The notes: generated by a model from the letters alone, not told the origin. Positions 17,371 through 25,670 are shown, counted from the stretch's first letter. The stretch: DNA of 26,055 nt from a virus (IMGVR_UViG_3300010206_000014:1-26055), one strand, 5' to 3'. Numbers and translations: made by a program.

Positions 17371-18498
17371 ATGCCAACTGTGCCATCCACCCCCCGCTCC
17401 ACCACGATCTCGCTGGCGTCGTCGTCCGCGGGGCCGTTCCTTGTCGGCTTCCGCGTGTTCGAGGACGACAGCCTCTCCGTCTACGTGGACGGGGCCGAGG
17501 TCACCGATTGGGCCATGAGCGCGACCTACTCCGGTGGGTATGACGACGTGGCGACGATCACCTTCACCTCGGCCCTTGATGCCGGTGTCGAGATCCTGAT
17601 CGAGGGGAACCTGACCCCGCAGCGGCAGGACGATTACGAAAACGCCGACCCCGGTCTTGTCGAGAAGATGAACATCGAACTCGCGCGGCTCTGGGCGGCG
17701 GTTTCCGAGGCGCGCATGCGGTCGGTCAGATCGCTTCGGTTCTCGACCGACACCCCGCCGTTGCAGATCCCCGACGATGGCGCGGTCCTCATCTGGAAGG
17801 ACGGCAGAGTGGTCTCAGGCCCGACCGCTGACGAGATTGATGCGGCCCAGGGTTATGCGGAGGATGCCGCCGCCTCGGCCGAGGCCGCCGCCACCTGGGA
17901 CCCGGCGAACTACCTGCCGAAGGCGGGCAACCTGGCCGGGCTGGCCAGTGTGACGGCCGCTTTGACGAACCTAGGGTTCTCGGCCTTCATGGCCGGGCTT
18001 CGCGCGAACGCTGACGCGGCCGCCCTGCGCGCGGCGATCGGGGCGCGCGGCACCGCCGCCCTTGCCGTTTCCGACCTGGCCGCGGCTGCGGTGCGCGAAT
18101 TGGCAGACGGTTTCGCCACTCCGCTGGATACGGAACTGCCGACGGCGGCCTGGGTCGATGGTGCTGTGCCGGCCAAGCTGAATGCCGCTGGCGCAGCCCC
18201 AATCTACGCCTGCCGCTCGTGGGTGGCCTTCAACGGAACGGGGGCGGTGGCGATCCGTGCTTCCGGGAACGTGTCGTCCATCACCGACAACGGCGTTGGT
18301 AACTACACGGTGAACATTGCTACATTCATGCCGGATGCCAACTACTCTGTGGTCGCTTGTGCTGGCGATAGTTCTCTGAACCGCTTGGCCGCTCAAGTTT
18401 CTGATCTGACAACAACCTCGTTTCGCATCTACGTACTTAACCACGGCAACTCATTTCTGAGTGATGCTGTTTGGGTCAATGCCGCCGTTTTCCGCTGA
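17371..18498 (+). CDS. Tail fibre protein
   Basis: N-terminal podoviral attachment domain (GPF...F.VF....L.VYVDG); Ala-rich shaft with NL..L...A..NLG; C-terminal R.WV.FNG...IRASGNVSSITDNG.G.YTVN...MPDANY domain. Confidence 0.88.
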   Translation: MPTVPSTPRSTTISLASSSAGPFLVGFRVFEDDSLSVYVDGAEVTDWAMSATYSGGYDDVATITFTSALDAGVEILIEGNLTPQRQDDYENADPGLVEKMNIELARLWAAVSEARMRSVRSLRFSTDTPPLQIPDDGAVLIWKDGRVVSGPTADEIDAAQGYAEDAAASAEAAATWDPANYLPKAGNLAGLASVTAALTNLGFSAFMAGLRANADAAALRAAIGARGTAALAVSDLAAAAVRELADGFATPLDTELPTAAWVDGAVPAKLNAAGAAPIYACRSWVAFNGTGAVAIRASGNVSSITDNGVGNYTVNIATFMPDANYSVVACAGDSSLNRLAAQVSDLTTTSFRIYVLNHGNSFLSDAVWVNAAVFR

Positions 18499-18506
18499 GG
18501 TCCACC

Positions 18507-19010
18507 ATGCAAGTCATCATCTTCCCGAACGAAAACGGCGGCGTCGCAGTGGTCTACCCGGCCCCATCATTCGCTGGAAGCCTAGGGGAACTCGCATCAA
18601 CAACCGTTCCTGTCGTGGCGGCGTGGCGTGTTGTCGATGCGTCTGCCTTGCCAGATCAGGCATTGCGCGACCGCTGGCGGTGGACGGCAAGCGGCCCGCT
18701 GGACGTGGCTGACCCGCCGCCGCCACCCGTGCCTCCCTTTATCAGCTTCCCGCAGATGATCCACGGCATGAAGGCGGAAGGCTGGATCACCGAAGCGGAA
18801 GGCTTTGCGTGGCTGGCAAGAACCCTTCCGGTTTCGGTGCAGGAGGTGATCGAGCAGCTCCCGGCCGAAATGCGCCTACTGGCAACAGCCCGGGCGCTAC
18901 AGCCGACAGACGTGCATCGTTCGGACCCCTTCCTGAACATGCTGGCTGCGATCAAGGGCAAGACGCCCGAGCAACTTGACGCATTCTTTGTCACCTACGC
19001 ACAGGCATGA
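18507..19010 (+). CDS. Tail fibre assembly/chaperone-like protein (two domains, Pro linker)
   Basis: IIFPN..GGVAVV.P and VD...LP....R..W, then R..P....L...G...EQLD.FF; follows the fibre gene. Confidence 0.7.
   Translation: MQVIIFPNENGGVAVVYPAPSFAGSLGELASTTVPVVAAWRVVDASALPDQALRDRWRWTASGPLDVADPPPPPVPPFISFPQMIHGMKAEGWITEAEGFAWLARTLPVSVQEVIEQLPAEMRLLATARALQPTDVHRSDPFLNMLAAIKGKTPEQLDAFFVTYAQA
18912..18943 (+). promoter_or_regulatory. Weaker candidate late promoter upstream of the lysis cassette
   Basis: GTGCATCGTTCG at 18912, resembling GTGCATAGGTTCG; CATGCT at 18938-18943; holin ATG at 19024. Confidence 0.3.
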
Positions 19011-19023
19011 AAGGGGCTTGCTC

Positions 19024-19380
19024 ATGACCTTCTACGAGTGGACCGCCGCCATCTTCGCCAGCGTGAGCATCTGGCTTACCGGCGAGACCGGGCGCGTCAT
19101 CGCTGCGGGCGGGGCCGGCGGCATCCTGCGGTGGGTGCAGGGAGAGAAGCGCCGCCTGCGCGACGGGGTTCTGGCGGCCGGGACCGGGGCGCTGTGCGCC
19201 ATGTACCTCTGGCCGGCCGTGTTCTCCGTCATGGGATGGGCCTTCGGCGCTCTGGAGCCCAGCACGGCAAACGTGGGGATGGCGGCGTTTCTGGCCGGGG
19301 CCAGCGGCATGAGCCTGGTCAAGGTGCTGACCGCGGCGATCGAGACCGCGGCCAAGCGTGGGGGAGGTGGGGATGCGTAA
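19024..19380 (+). CDS. Holin-like membrane protein (118 aa)
   Basis: Several hydrophobic segments; first gene of the lysis cassette; SD AAAGGGG. Confidence 0.7.
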   Translation: MTFYEWTAAIFASVSIWLTGETGRVIAAGGAGGILRWVQGEKRRLRDGVLAAGTGALCAMYLWPAVFSVMGWAFGALEPSTANVGMAAFLAGASGMSLVKVLTAAIETAAKRGGGGDA

Positions 19381-19483
19381 GCACAGGTCGCCGCTGCATC
19401 GCGTGGCGCGGGAGGAAGGGATCACCTGGGCGTGGATCGTCCTGATCCTGGTCATCTACGGAGGCGTGAAATGTCTGCTGTGA
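19373..19483 (+). CDS. 36-aa single-TM peptide MRKHRSPLHRVAREEGITWAWIVLILVIYGGVKCLL (antiholin or second holin candidate)
   Basis: GGAGGT SD at 19363-19368; overlaps the holin stop and endolysin start; below the ORF-track cutoff. Confidence 0.6.
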   Translation: MRKHRSPLHRVAREEGITWAWIVLILVIYGGVKCLL

Positions 19484-19968
19484 ACATCCCTTGGATCGAC
19501 GAGATGATGAAGGTCTACGGCCTTCACGAGATCCGCGACCGGGCCGCGCTGTCGAAGTGGCTGCGGAGCGACGGCAAGACGCTGGGCGACCCGGCCACGC
19601 TGCCGTGGTGCGGCGATGCCATGGACACCGCTCTCGCGCTGGCGCTGCCGGACGAGCCGCGGCCGGGCGATCTCGGCAAGAACCCCTATTGGGCGCTGAA
19701 CTGGATGTGGCTCGGGAAGTCGTGCCTGCCGTGCTTTGGCGCCATCGCCGCCTTCAAGCGCCCGACCGGCGGCCACGTCGGCATTCTCGTCGGGCACAGC
19801 AAGGACCACTACCGCGTCCTCGGCGGGAACCAGTCCGATGCCGTGACGAAAACGTGGGTCGCCAAGGACCGCTGCAAGGCGATCCGCTGGCCGGCGACCT
19901 TTGCCAATCCCAAGATCCCGCTGCCCAGCCTGAAATGGGACGGCACCGCCTCGGAGAATGAGGCATGA
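19471..19968 (+). CDS. Endolysin, NlpC/P60-CHAP-like (TIGR02594-type)
   Basis: PW...M...G..E, PWCG, R..GGHVG and VLGGNQSD.V motifs; SD GGAGG at 19460. Confidence 0.85.
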   Translation: MSAVNIPWIDEMMKVYGLHEIRDRAALSKWLRSDGKTLGDPATLPWCGDAMDTALALALPDEPRPGDLGKNPYWALNWMWLGKSCLPCFGAIAAFKRPTGGHVGILVGHSKDHYRVLGGNQSDAVTKTWVAKDRCKAIRWPATFANPKIPLPSLKWDGTASENEA

Positions 19969-20282
19969 CAGCCTGGCTGCGCCTCGCCCCTTACATCGCC
20001 GCTCTCGCGCTGGCTGCCGGGGTGTGGGCGCACGGCTACAGGACCGGGACGGCACGGGCCGACGCGCGCCACGAGGCCGCCGCTGCTGCGGTCCAGAAGC
20101 GCCTGTTCGCCGCCGCCGACGAGATGTCGCGGCAGGCCGCCGAGATCGAGGCATACCGCGCGGCACAGGCCGCCATGGTTCAGGAGATGGAAGATGCCGC
20201 CGAGGCTGACCCTGGCGCTTGCCGCCTGTCTGACGCTGCCCGCGTGCGCCTCCGGGCCCGCTGGGGCGCCGCGGAGGATTGA
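19965..20282 (+). CDS. Inner-membrane spanin (Rz-like)
   Basis: N-terminal TM helix, Ala-rich coiled coil, C-terminal Cys; follows the endolysin. Confidence 0.82.
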   Translation: MTAWLRLAPYIAALALAAGVWAHGYRTGTARADARHEAAAAAVQKRLFAAADEMSRQAAEIEAYRAAQAAMVQEMEDAAEADPGACRLSDAARVRLRARWGAAED

Positions 20283-20460
20283 GCCCATGGACGCGGCGAT
20301 CTCGGCCCCGTGCGACCGTCCTGAGGCCTTCCTGACGGCATCGGCAGCCGAGGTCATCATCGGGCGCCTTGGCGACGCTCTGGCGCTGTGCGGGCGCAAG
20401 CACGAGGCCGCGGTGTCCTACGGGGCCAGTCTCGCCGCCATCATCAACAGCCCGCGCTAG
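20194..20460 (+). CDS. Outer-membrane spanin lipoprotein (Rz1-like)
   Basis: Signal peptide with lipobox LPAC; PC..P and L..C..K motifs; overlaps the 3' end of the i-spanin. Confidence 0.82.
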   Translation: MPPRLTLALAACLTLPACASGPAGAPRRIEPMDAAISAPCDRPEAFLTASAAEVIIGRLGDALALCGRKHEAAVSYGASLAAIINSPR

Positions 20461-20468
20461 GAGGCGTC

Positions 20469-21563
20469 ATGCTCATCAGGAACCTCCCTCTCCATCTCGG
20501 CACGCGCGTTACCGGCGCAACCACCGGCCCGGATGATCCGCTCGTCCTCGGCACTGCCGACTATGAACTGGAGATTTCGGTCGATCCAAGCGGCGGCACG
20601 TTCTCGCTGTCGATTAGTGTCGGCGGCACCCCGGTCAGCGGCTCGCCGTTCCCCGTCACGGCCGAGCAACTTGCCGCCGATCAGCACTGCCTTATCGCCC
20701 CGGTCATCCCGAGCAGCGGCGCGGTCGGCACGGAGGCAGTCGGAACGGAGAGCCTGTGGATTTACAAGCCCGATCTGGCGCCTATGTTGCCCAGCCGCCA
20801 GTGGTATCGCGGCACGACAGCGATCAGCGGGGCCAACGGTCTGGCATACACCCCCGTCACGGCCGACGCTGGTCAGAACCTCAAGCGGCGCGACACCGTT
20901 GGCACGTCCTATATTGACAGTAACGTGATGGCGGTGGCGGCGCTGCCGTCTGGACTCGCAGCGGCTTGGCGGTCGTCGGCCAAGGCCACCGGCTCTGCAA
21001 ACTCGATCACCATTCCCGGGTTGGACTTTGGACCCGAGCATCCCGAGCGGGACATCGTTGCAGCTATTGCTTACATCGGGATCGGCAACAATCCCGCTCC
21101 CGCCGTCAAGATTGGCGGAGTAGATGCGGTGGTGGACAGGCAGTCGTCTGGTAACGGTGTCGACGCGATCATCTGTCGAGCGCGCGTCCCTACCGGAGCG
21201 AGCGGCAGCATCCTGATCACCGAAACGAATACGATCTATGCCGCTCAGGCCAGCATCTACACCGGGAGCAACCTGACGCCATTCCACCAGGCCTCCTCCA
21301 GTTCCCCGGCATCTAATCCGTCGATGACAATTAACACGCCGGTAGGCGGCCTTCTCGTTGCGGCAATTGCCTTCCAGAACTCCCCCAATCCGGTTTCTTG
21401 GACGGGGATTACCGGCCGTGTCGAAGTCACGGAGGGGTCCAACCGCTTTGTCGAGGCGGATGATCTGGCGACCACGGAGCAAACTGGGCGCGTGATCAGC
21501 GCACTTGCGACCGGCGCCACCGGTCACCGAGGCGCTGCGGTTGCATATTCGAAGGGGGCTTGA
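20469..21563 (+). CDS. Accessory virion-type protein with an Ig-like domain (364 aa)
   Basis: SD AGGAGG; QWYR....ISGA....YT...AD.G..L Ig-like motif; beta-rich C-terminal domain. Confidence 0.7.
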   Translation: MLIRNLPLHLGTRVTGATTGPDDPLVLGTADYELEISVDPSGGTFSLSISVGGTPVSGSPFPVTAEQLAADQHCLIAPVIPSSGAVGTEAVGTESLWIYKPDLAPMLPSRQWYRGTTAISGANGLAYTPVTADAGQNLKRRDTVGTSYIDSNVMAVAALPSGLAAAWRSSAKATGSANSITIPGLDFGPEHPERDIVAAIAYIGIGNNPAPAVKIGGVDAVVDRQSSGNGVDAIICRARVPTGASGSILITETNTIYAAQASIYTGSNLTPFHQASSSSPASNPSMTINTPVGGLLVAAIAFQNSPNPVSWTGITGRVEVTEGSNRFVEADDLATTEQTGRVISALATGATGHRGAAVAYSKGA

Positions 21564-21565
21564 GT

Positions 21566-23854
21566 ATGTCTAGGATCACCAGGCGCGTTTTGGGTCTGAC
21601 GGCAGCGACTGCGGTTGCCATTGCCGTCACTCAGGGCGGCATCACGGCAACCGGATCGACCAATCCGAACGGCTGGGGCATGGCGCCGCCCGATCCGCCC
21701 CCTGTCGGTGGCGATGGCGGCACGATCAGCATCGTTCCGGTCGGCCGCACCCGCCTGATGGCTGCGCCCGACACCGTGGGCTTCACCGTCGATCTGTCGG
21801 CCAGCACCTTCGACACCCCCGCCCCCGCGTCCGGCACCGACTACGACCGCCGGTTCCACGAACTGGAATACTTCTGGACCTTCGGCGACCCCGGCACATG
21901 GACTGCGCCCGAGCGAACGCTTCCTGCCTGGAAGAACCGCGACTTCGCCTATGGCGCCTATGTCCGGCACTGCTACCGCACGTCTGGGACCAAGACCGTC
22001 ACCGTCATGGTGGTCGAGCCTTCCAGCGGCAAGGTGGCGACTGCGACGCTTCCTATCTCCATCGACGATCCGAACACAGTCTTTTCTGGCGACAAGACCA
22101 TCTGCATCAAGAACACGGCTGATCCTGATTGGGGAAGCTATCCGGCTGGAGCGCAGCTTTTCAGCCAAGACAGCTTCGTGAACGGGGATGCGGCCTGCAA
22201 CGCTGCCATCGCCAAGTCAAACCTGTTTGGGTCTCGGGACAAGGTGCGCGTGCTGTTCAAGGCGGGCTGGACCGGCACCTTCCGTTGTGACATTTCCGGA
22301 TGGCGCAATCTCCATTTCGGCCTCTACGGCGGCAGTACAATCGCCACCCTTAATGCGGACGAGGTGAACGAGGTTCGGACTGGCGGCGGCTGGGGACAGT
22401 TCTACCAGACCGGGCAGACGGATAGCGGCGTCACCTATGACCTGAAATTCGAAAAGCTTCGCCTGAAGGGCACTTTCAGCGACACCACGATGCGCATTTC
22501 GGAGCAGGCGCATATCACCTACGGGATCAACCTGCGGACCAATAGCAACACCGTCGTCGTGGACTGCGAATGTGATGGGGTCAGCAATTTCTTCGCCACG
22601 TCCAACTTCGATCGGCTGGCGGTCACTCATCTGGACAACAACACGCTGACGAACTTCACCGGGATTTTCCCGATCTTCTGCACCTCGAACACAGGAACCG
22701 CCTATCAAGGCAGCCACGTCGCCATCACCGGGAACAAGGTCAAGCGCAGCGTGGACGCGCTGTCCGAATTTGCCACCGGGCCGCGATCTCTTGCCCGCCT
22801 TGAGCGGCACGACTGGTATCACATTCGCGGCAACGACATGTACAACTCGGACGGTGACCAGGCGTGCCTGCGCCTGCCTGACGCTGATCTGGATGGTCGC
22901 CCGCACTGCACGATCCACAGCAATGTGCTGGAGAGCACTGGGCTTACATCGTTCTCGATCTCGGGAAACAACGGCGGGCGCGTGGGGGCCGACCTCAACA
23001 CGCCGACGCAGATGCACATGCTGATCGACGGGAACATCGTCATCGGCGGATGGGCTTCGATGGACGTGGTGGATGTGAGCGGATGCGGCGCGACCATTCG
23101 CAACAACCTGATCTACGCCCCTGATGTGCCCTATGTGCGAAACCCGCTGCGGTCGCTCATCAGGATCAACAACCAGGGGGCAGCTTCGTACTTTGCCGAC
23201 TGGCCGGTGCGCATCTACAACAATACCCTGGTCTCTCCGGCCGCTCCGGGGAACAACAAGGGCACCAGCGTCAAGCCGTTCTACTTCCTCAACGGGGCGT
23301 CCGAAGTAGCGGCCTCCGCGATTGGAGTGGTTGAGCAAAACAATGTCATCAGCCTTCCGAATGTGGCTGTTCCGCAGATCGCCTTTGCGCCTCTCTCGAC
23401 CGACACCATCGTTACGCCGCACTGTGCAGGGTTCAGGCCGATCTACCACGAGATCAAAAAGACGCTGACGGTGGCAGTACCGAACGGCGGCAGCTACACC
23501 GTGCCGTATGATGGTGCATCTGAGTATCTGGCCGCCGGAAGCACCGAGCATACGTTGGTTTGGCTCGACAGTGTGGCTGGGGCGTTCACCCTGACCTTTG
23601 GAGCGTCTGATGTCACTGTGACCAACGCCAGCGGGACGCCGTGGGCCATCAATGCGGTTATGCTGCTGCGGCTGGTGAACGCCCCTGGCCACTACCGGGC
23701 CAAGCAGACGACGCATGCCACCGGCAACGTGCCGAAGTCGGCCCCAAGCCCCAGCTCCCCCGCCCTGACCGGCGGTGTCGCGCCACAGTCGCTCAAGACG
23801 CTGCCCGGATCGGACAGGACCGCTGGCGTACGCGGCGCCTGGAACCCGGCATGA
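21566..23854 (+). CDS. PKD-domain plus right-handed beta-helix protein (spike/depolymerase-like)
   Basis: YFWTFGD...H.Y...G...VTV.V PKD motif; repeated ITGN, IRGN, IHSN, IDGN, IRNN and IYNNT coils; ATG 21566 fits the SD better than TTG 21560. Confidence 0.72.
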   Translation: MSRITRRVLGLTAATAVAIAVTQGGITATGSTNPNGWGMAPPDPPPVGGDGGTISIVPVGRTRLMAAPDTVGFTVDLSASTFDTPAPASGTDYDRRFHELEYFWTFGDPGTWTAPERTLPAWKNRDFAYGAYVRHCYRTSGTKTVTVMVVEPSSGKVATATLPISIDDPNTVFSGDKTICIKNTADPDWGSYPAGAQLFSQDSFVNGDAACNAAIAKSNLFGSRDKVRVLFKAGWTGTFRCDISGWRNLHFGLYGGSTIATLNADEVNEVRTGGGWGQFYQTGQTDSGVTYDLKFEKLRLKGTFSDTTMRISEQAHITYGINLRTNSNTVVVDCECDGVSNFFATSNFDRLAVTHLDNNTLTNFTGIFPIFCTSNTGTAYQGSHVAITGNKVKRSVDALSEFATGPRSLARLERHDWYHIRGNDMYNSDGDQACLRLPDADLDGRPHCTIHSNVLESTGLTSFSISGNNGGRVGADLNTPTQMHMLIDGNIVIGGWASMDVVDVSGCGATIRNNLIYAPDVPYVRNPLRSLIRINNQGAASYFADWPVRIYNNTLVSPAAPGNNKGTSVKPFYFLNGASEVAASAIGVVEQNNVISLPNVAVPQIAFAPLSTDTIVTPHCAGFRPIYHEIKKTLTVAVPNGGSYTVPYDGASEYLAAGSTEHTLVWLDSVAGAFTLTFGASDVTVTNASGTPWAINAVMLLRLVNAPGHYRAKQTTHATGNVPKSAPSPSSPALTGGVAPQSLKTLPGSDRTAGVRGAWNPA

Positions 23855-23859
23855 CGCGA

Positions 23860-23883
23860 AGGCCCTCGGGAAACCGGGGGTCT
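23860..23883. terminator. Hairpin between convergent late and early-type genes (probable terminator)
   Basis: AGGCCCTCGG-GAAA-CCGGGGGTCT, a 10-bp stem with two G-U pairs on the + strand. Confidence 0.65.
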
Positions 23884-24242
23884 CAGTCTTTGCGGATGGC
23901 GGCGAGGAAATAGTCAGTCAGGCGACAAACCTCTCCCAGACGCATGAAGACAGTCTCGCCTTTCACTTCTACCTTCTGGCCGCCGATCTCGCTGGAGAAC
24001 GTCTCGTACTGATACGGGGATAGCAACACTTGCGCGCACCGCTCCCGCTCCGCCTTCACGGCCTCGGTGATGAGGCGGTCAACCTCGGCGGCGTGGCGGC
24101 GGTTCCACGCATCGACATTCGTGAAAGCCATGATGCAAAGCGGGCAGGACTGATCCGCTGGTTCGGCGTGCCGGATCATGTCGTCGCCCCACCACTCCAT
24201 CGGATTGCCACAGAACGGGCACGGCTTCGGCGGTTCCATCAT
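23883..24242 (-). CDS. Lar (restriction alleviation)-like zinc-ribbon protein
   Basis: KPCPFCG ... WNRR motifs; ATGA overlap with the upstream gene. Confidence 0.7.
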   Translation of the reverse strand: MMEPPKPCPFCGNPMEWWGDDMIRHAEPADQSCPLCIMAFTNVDAWNRRHAAEVDRLITEAVKAERERCAQVLLSPYQYETFSSEIGGQKVEVKGETVFMRLGEVCRLTDYFLAAIRKD

Positions 24243-24772
24243 TCCTCCAGTGCCGCGCGGATGCTGGCTTCCCGGTTGCGGTTGATCGCATCGCATGTTT
24301 CTTCGTCAGGCGCTTCAACGACCCGACCGCACATCGAATCGAACGCCGAATAATACGGGCCGTCAGTACCGGCGCGCAGTTCCCACACCAGCGGCTTGAT
24401 CTTCACCCACCGTGCTTCTTCCAGCGCCCGCGCCCCGGTGGGGTCGGCGGCGGCCTGCGCGCGGATGGCGCGCTTGATGTGCTTCTTCACTGCATCCGCC
24501 CCAAGGCGCAAGAAGTTGTTATTCGTGGTCACAATCGACCTTGGAGTATCGTCTGCGACCTTCTCCGCCTGTTCCCGCACCGCAGCGATCCTGGCTTCCA
24601 GCGCCCGCGCCGCGTCGGCGGGGGTCAGGGAGAGGATGGCGGCTTCGGCAGACCTGCCGAGGGTCACGTGTCTGGTCTCCGCGCACACCCGGTAGGCAGC
24701 CTGTGCGGCCATGTCCAGCGCCGCGGCGGCCATGGCCTCGGCCTCGGATCGTGGGATCATGGGGGTGGTCAT
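24239..24772 (-). CDS. Hypothetical early-type phage protein (177 aa, modular)
   Basis: ATGA coupling; AALDMAA and VKIKPLVW modules common in alphaproteobacterial phage early genes. Confidence 0.7.
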   Translation of the reverse strand: MTTPMIPRSEAEAMAAAALDMAAQAAYRVCAETRHVTLGRSAEAAILSLTPADAARALEARIAAVREQAEKVADDTPRSIVTTNNNFLRLGADAVKKHIKRAIRAQAAADPTGARALEEARWVKIKPLVWELRAGTDGPYYSAFDSMCGRVVEAPDEETCDAINRNREASIRAALEE

Positions 24773-25296
24773 TTCGGCTCTCCCTTGATGGCCGCGATGG
24801 TGGCGTCGATCTTGGCTGCGTCTGCCTTGAATGCCACGCCGTCGCGCAAGTGACCCTCTACGCATGACATCCATTCGCGCGCCTCTTCCAGCGCCTCCAT
24901 CGCCTTCGCCAGCTTGGCCTCGGCGGCCTCGGCGCGGGCGCGTTGTTCCCGAAACAGTTGCAATCTGCGCTTGGCTGAAAATTTCCAGTCGGCGTCATTT
25001 TCGATCACCGCCCGCAGCCGTTCCGCCTCAGCCTCGGCATCGCTCAGCTTACCCTCTGCCTCGTACCATCCGGCCTCGAACTCCCGCAGCCGTTCGATCT
25101 CGTCGGCCATGGCGGGCACCTTGCGGAGAACGACTGCGCTATCCTTCAGGATGGCTTGGCAGGCCTTGAATGTGCCTGCGTCCGCAAGAACCTTGGCAGC
25201 AAGGTCGCAGTCATCAGCGAGTTTCGTGGCCCATTCCGGCGTCACGCCTTCCAGCGCCGCCCGCGCCTGCCCTACAAGGTCATGTGCGTTAGTCAT
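24769..25296 (-). CDS. Ead/Ea22-like coiled-coil protein (175 aa)
   Basis: SD GGAGGT; ALEGVTP..W, VP.M.DEIERLR and RAEAAEA.L motifs. Confidence 0.65.
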   Translation of the reverse strand: MTNAHDLVGQARAALEGVTPEWATKLADDCDLAAKVLADAGTFKACQAILKDSAVVLRKVPAMADEIERLREFEAGWYEAEGKLSDAEAEAERLRAVIENDADWKFSAKRRLQLFREQRARAEAAEAKLAKAMEALEEAREWMSCVEGHLRDGVAFKADAAKIDATIAAIKGEPK

Positions 25297-25447
25297 TGTG
25301 ACCTCCATGCAGCGGGCAATCTTCATCGATCCAGAACACAAGTTCGCCACCTAGGAACGGCAAACCAGCGCCGTGGTGGTTGTCGATCACGGGGCAGGTG
25401 CAGCCTTTCGCTACCGCCTCAGGGCTGCCGGGATTTGGCTTATCCAT
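25289..25447 (-). CDS. 52-aa Cys/His zinc-binding-type protein MDKPNPGSPEAVAKGCTCPVIDNHHGAGLPFLGGELVFWIDEDCPLHGGHND
   Basis: Fills the gap between neighbours with overlaps at both ends; CxC...CPLH; missed by the ORF track. Confidence 0.75.
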   Translation of the reverse strand: MDKPNPGSPEAVAKGCTCPVIDNHHGAGLPFLGGELVFWIDEDCPLHGGHND

Positions 25448-25670
25448 TCTCCCCTCCCAGCGCCTTGATCAGGGCATCTGCGGCCTTGACCGCGATCTGC
25501 GCAACGTCGTCGTAGAAGACCGTCGTGCTGGTGGATCGCGCCATGATCCCCTGCATCGCCGCCATGGCGAACGCCTCGCGCTTGGTCAGGCCAGGCGTGA
25601 ATGCTTGCGAGTCTCCGTCACCAATTCCGACATAGCCGCTAGGGAAGGCAGGTTCGTTTCCGTTCGCCAT
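25440..25670 (-). CDS. Conserved small phage protein (PAFP...GLTKRExFA.AAMQG family)
   Basis: Characteristic PAFP, GLTKRE.FA..AMQG and A...ADAL...L motifs; SD AGGAGG. Confidence 0.85.
   Translation of the reverse strand: MANGNEPAFPSGYVGIGDGDSQAFTPGLTKREAFAMAAMQGIMARSTSTTVFYDDVAQIAVKAADALIKALGGENG

Noticed and set aside
23514-23519. Further GTGCAT copy
   Set aside because: It lies mid-gene with no downstream + strand start; likely a chance hexamer.
17371-23854. Diversity-generating retroelement, expected from the BPP-1-like layout
   Set aside because: No reverse transcriptase or avd-like gene, and no TR/VR pair differing at adenines was seen in this window.
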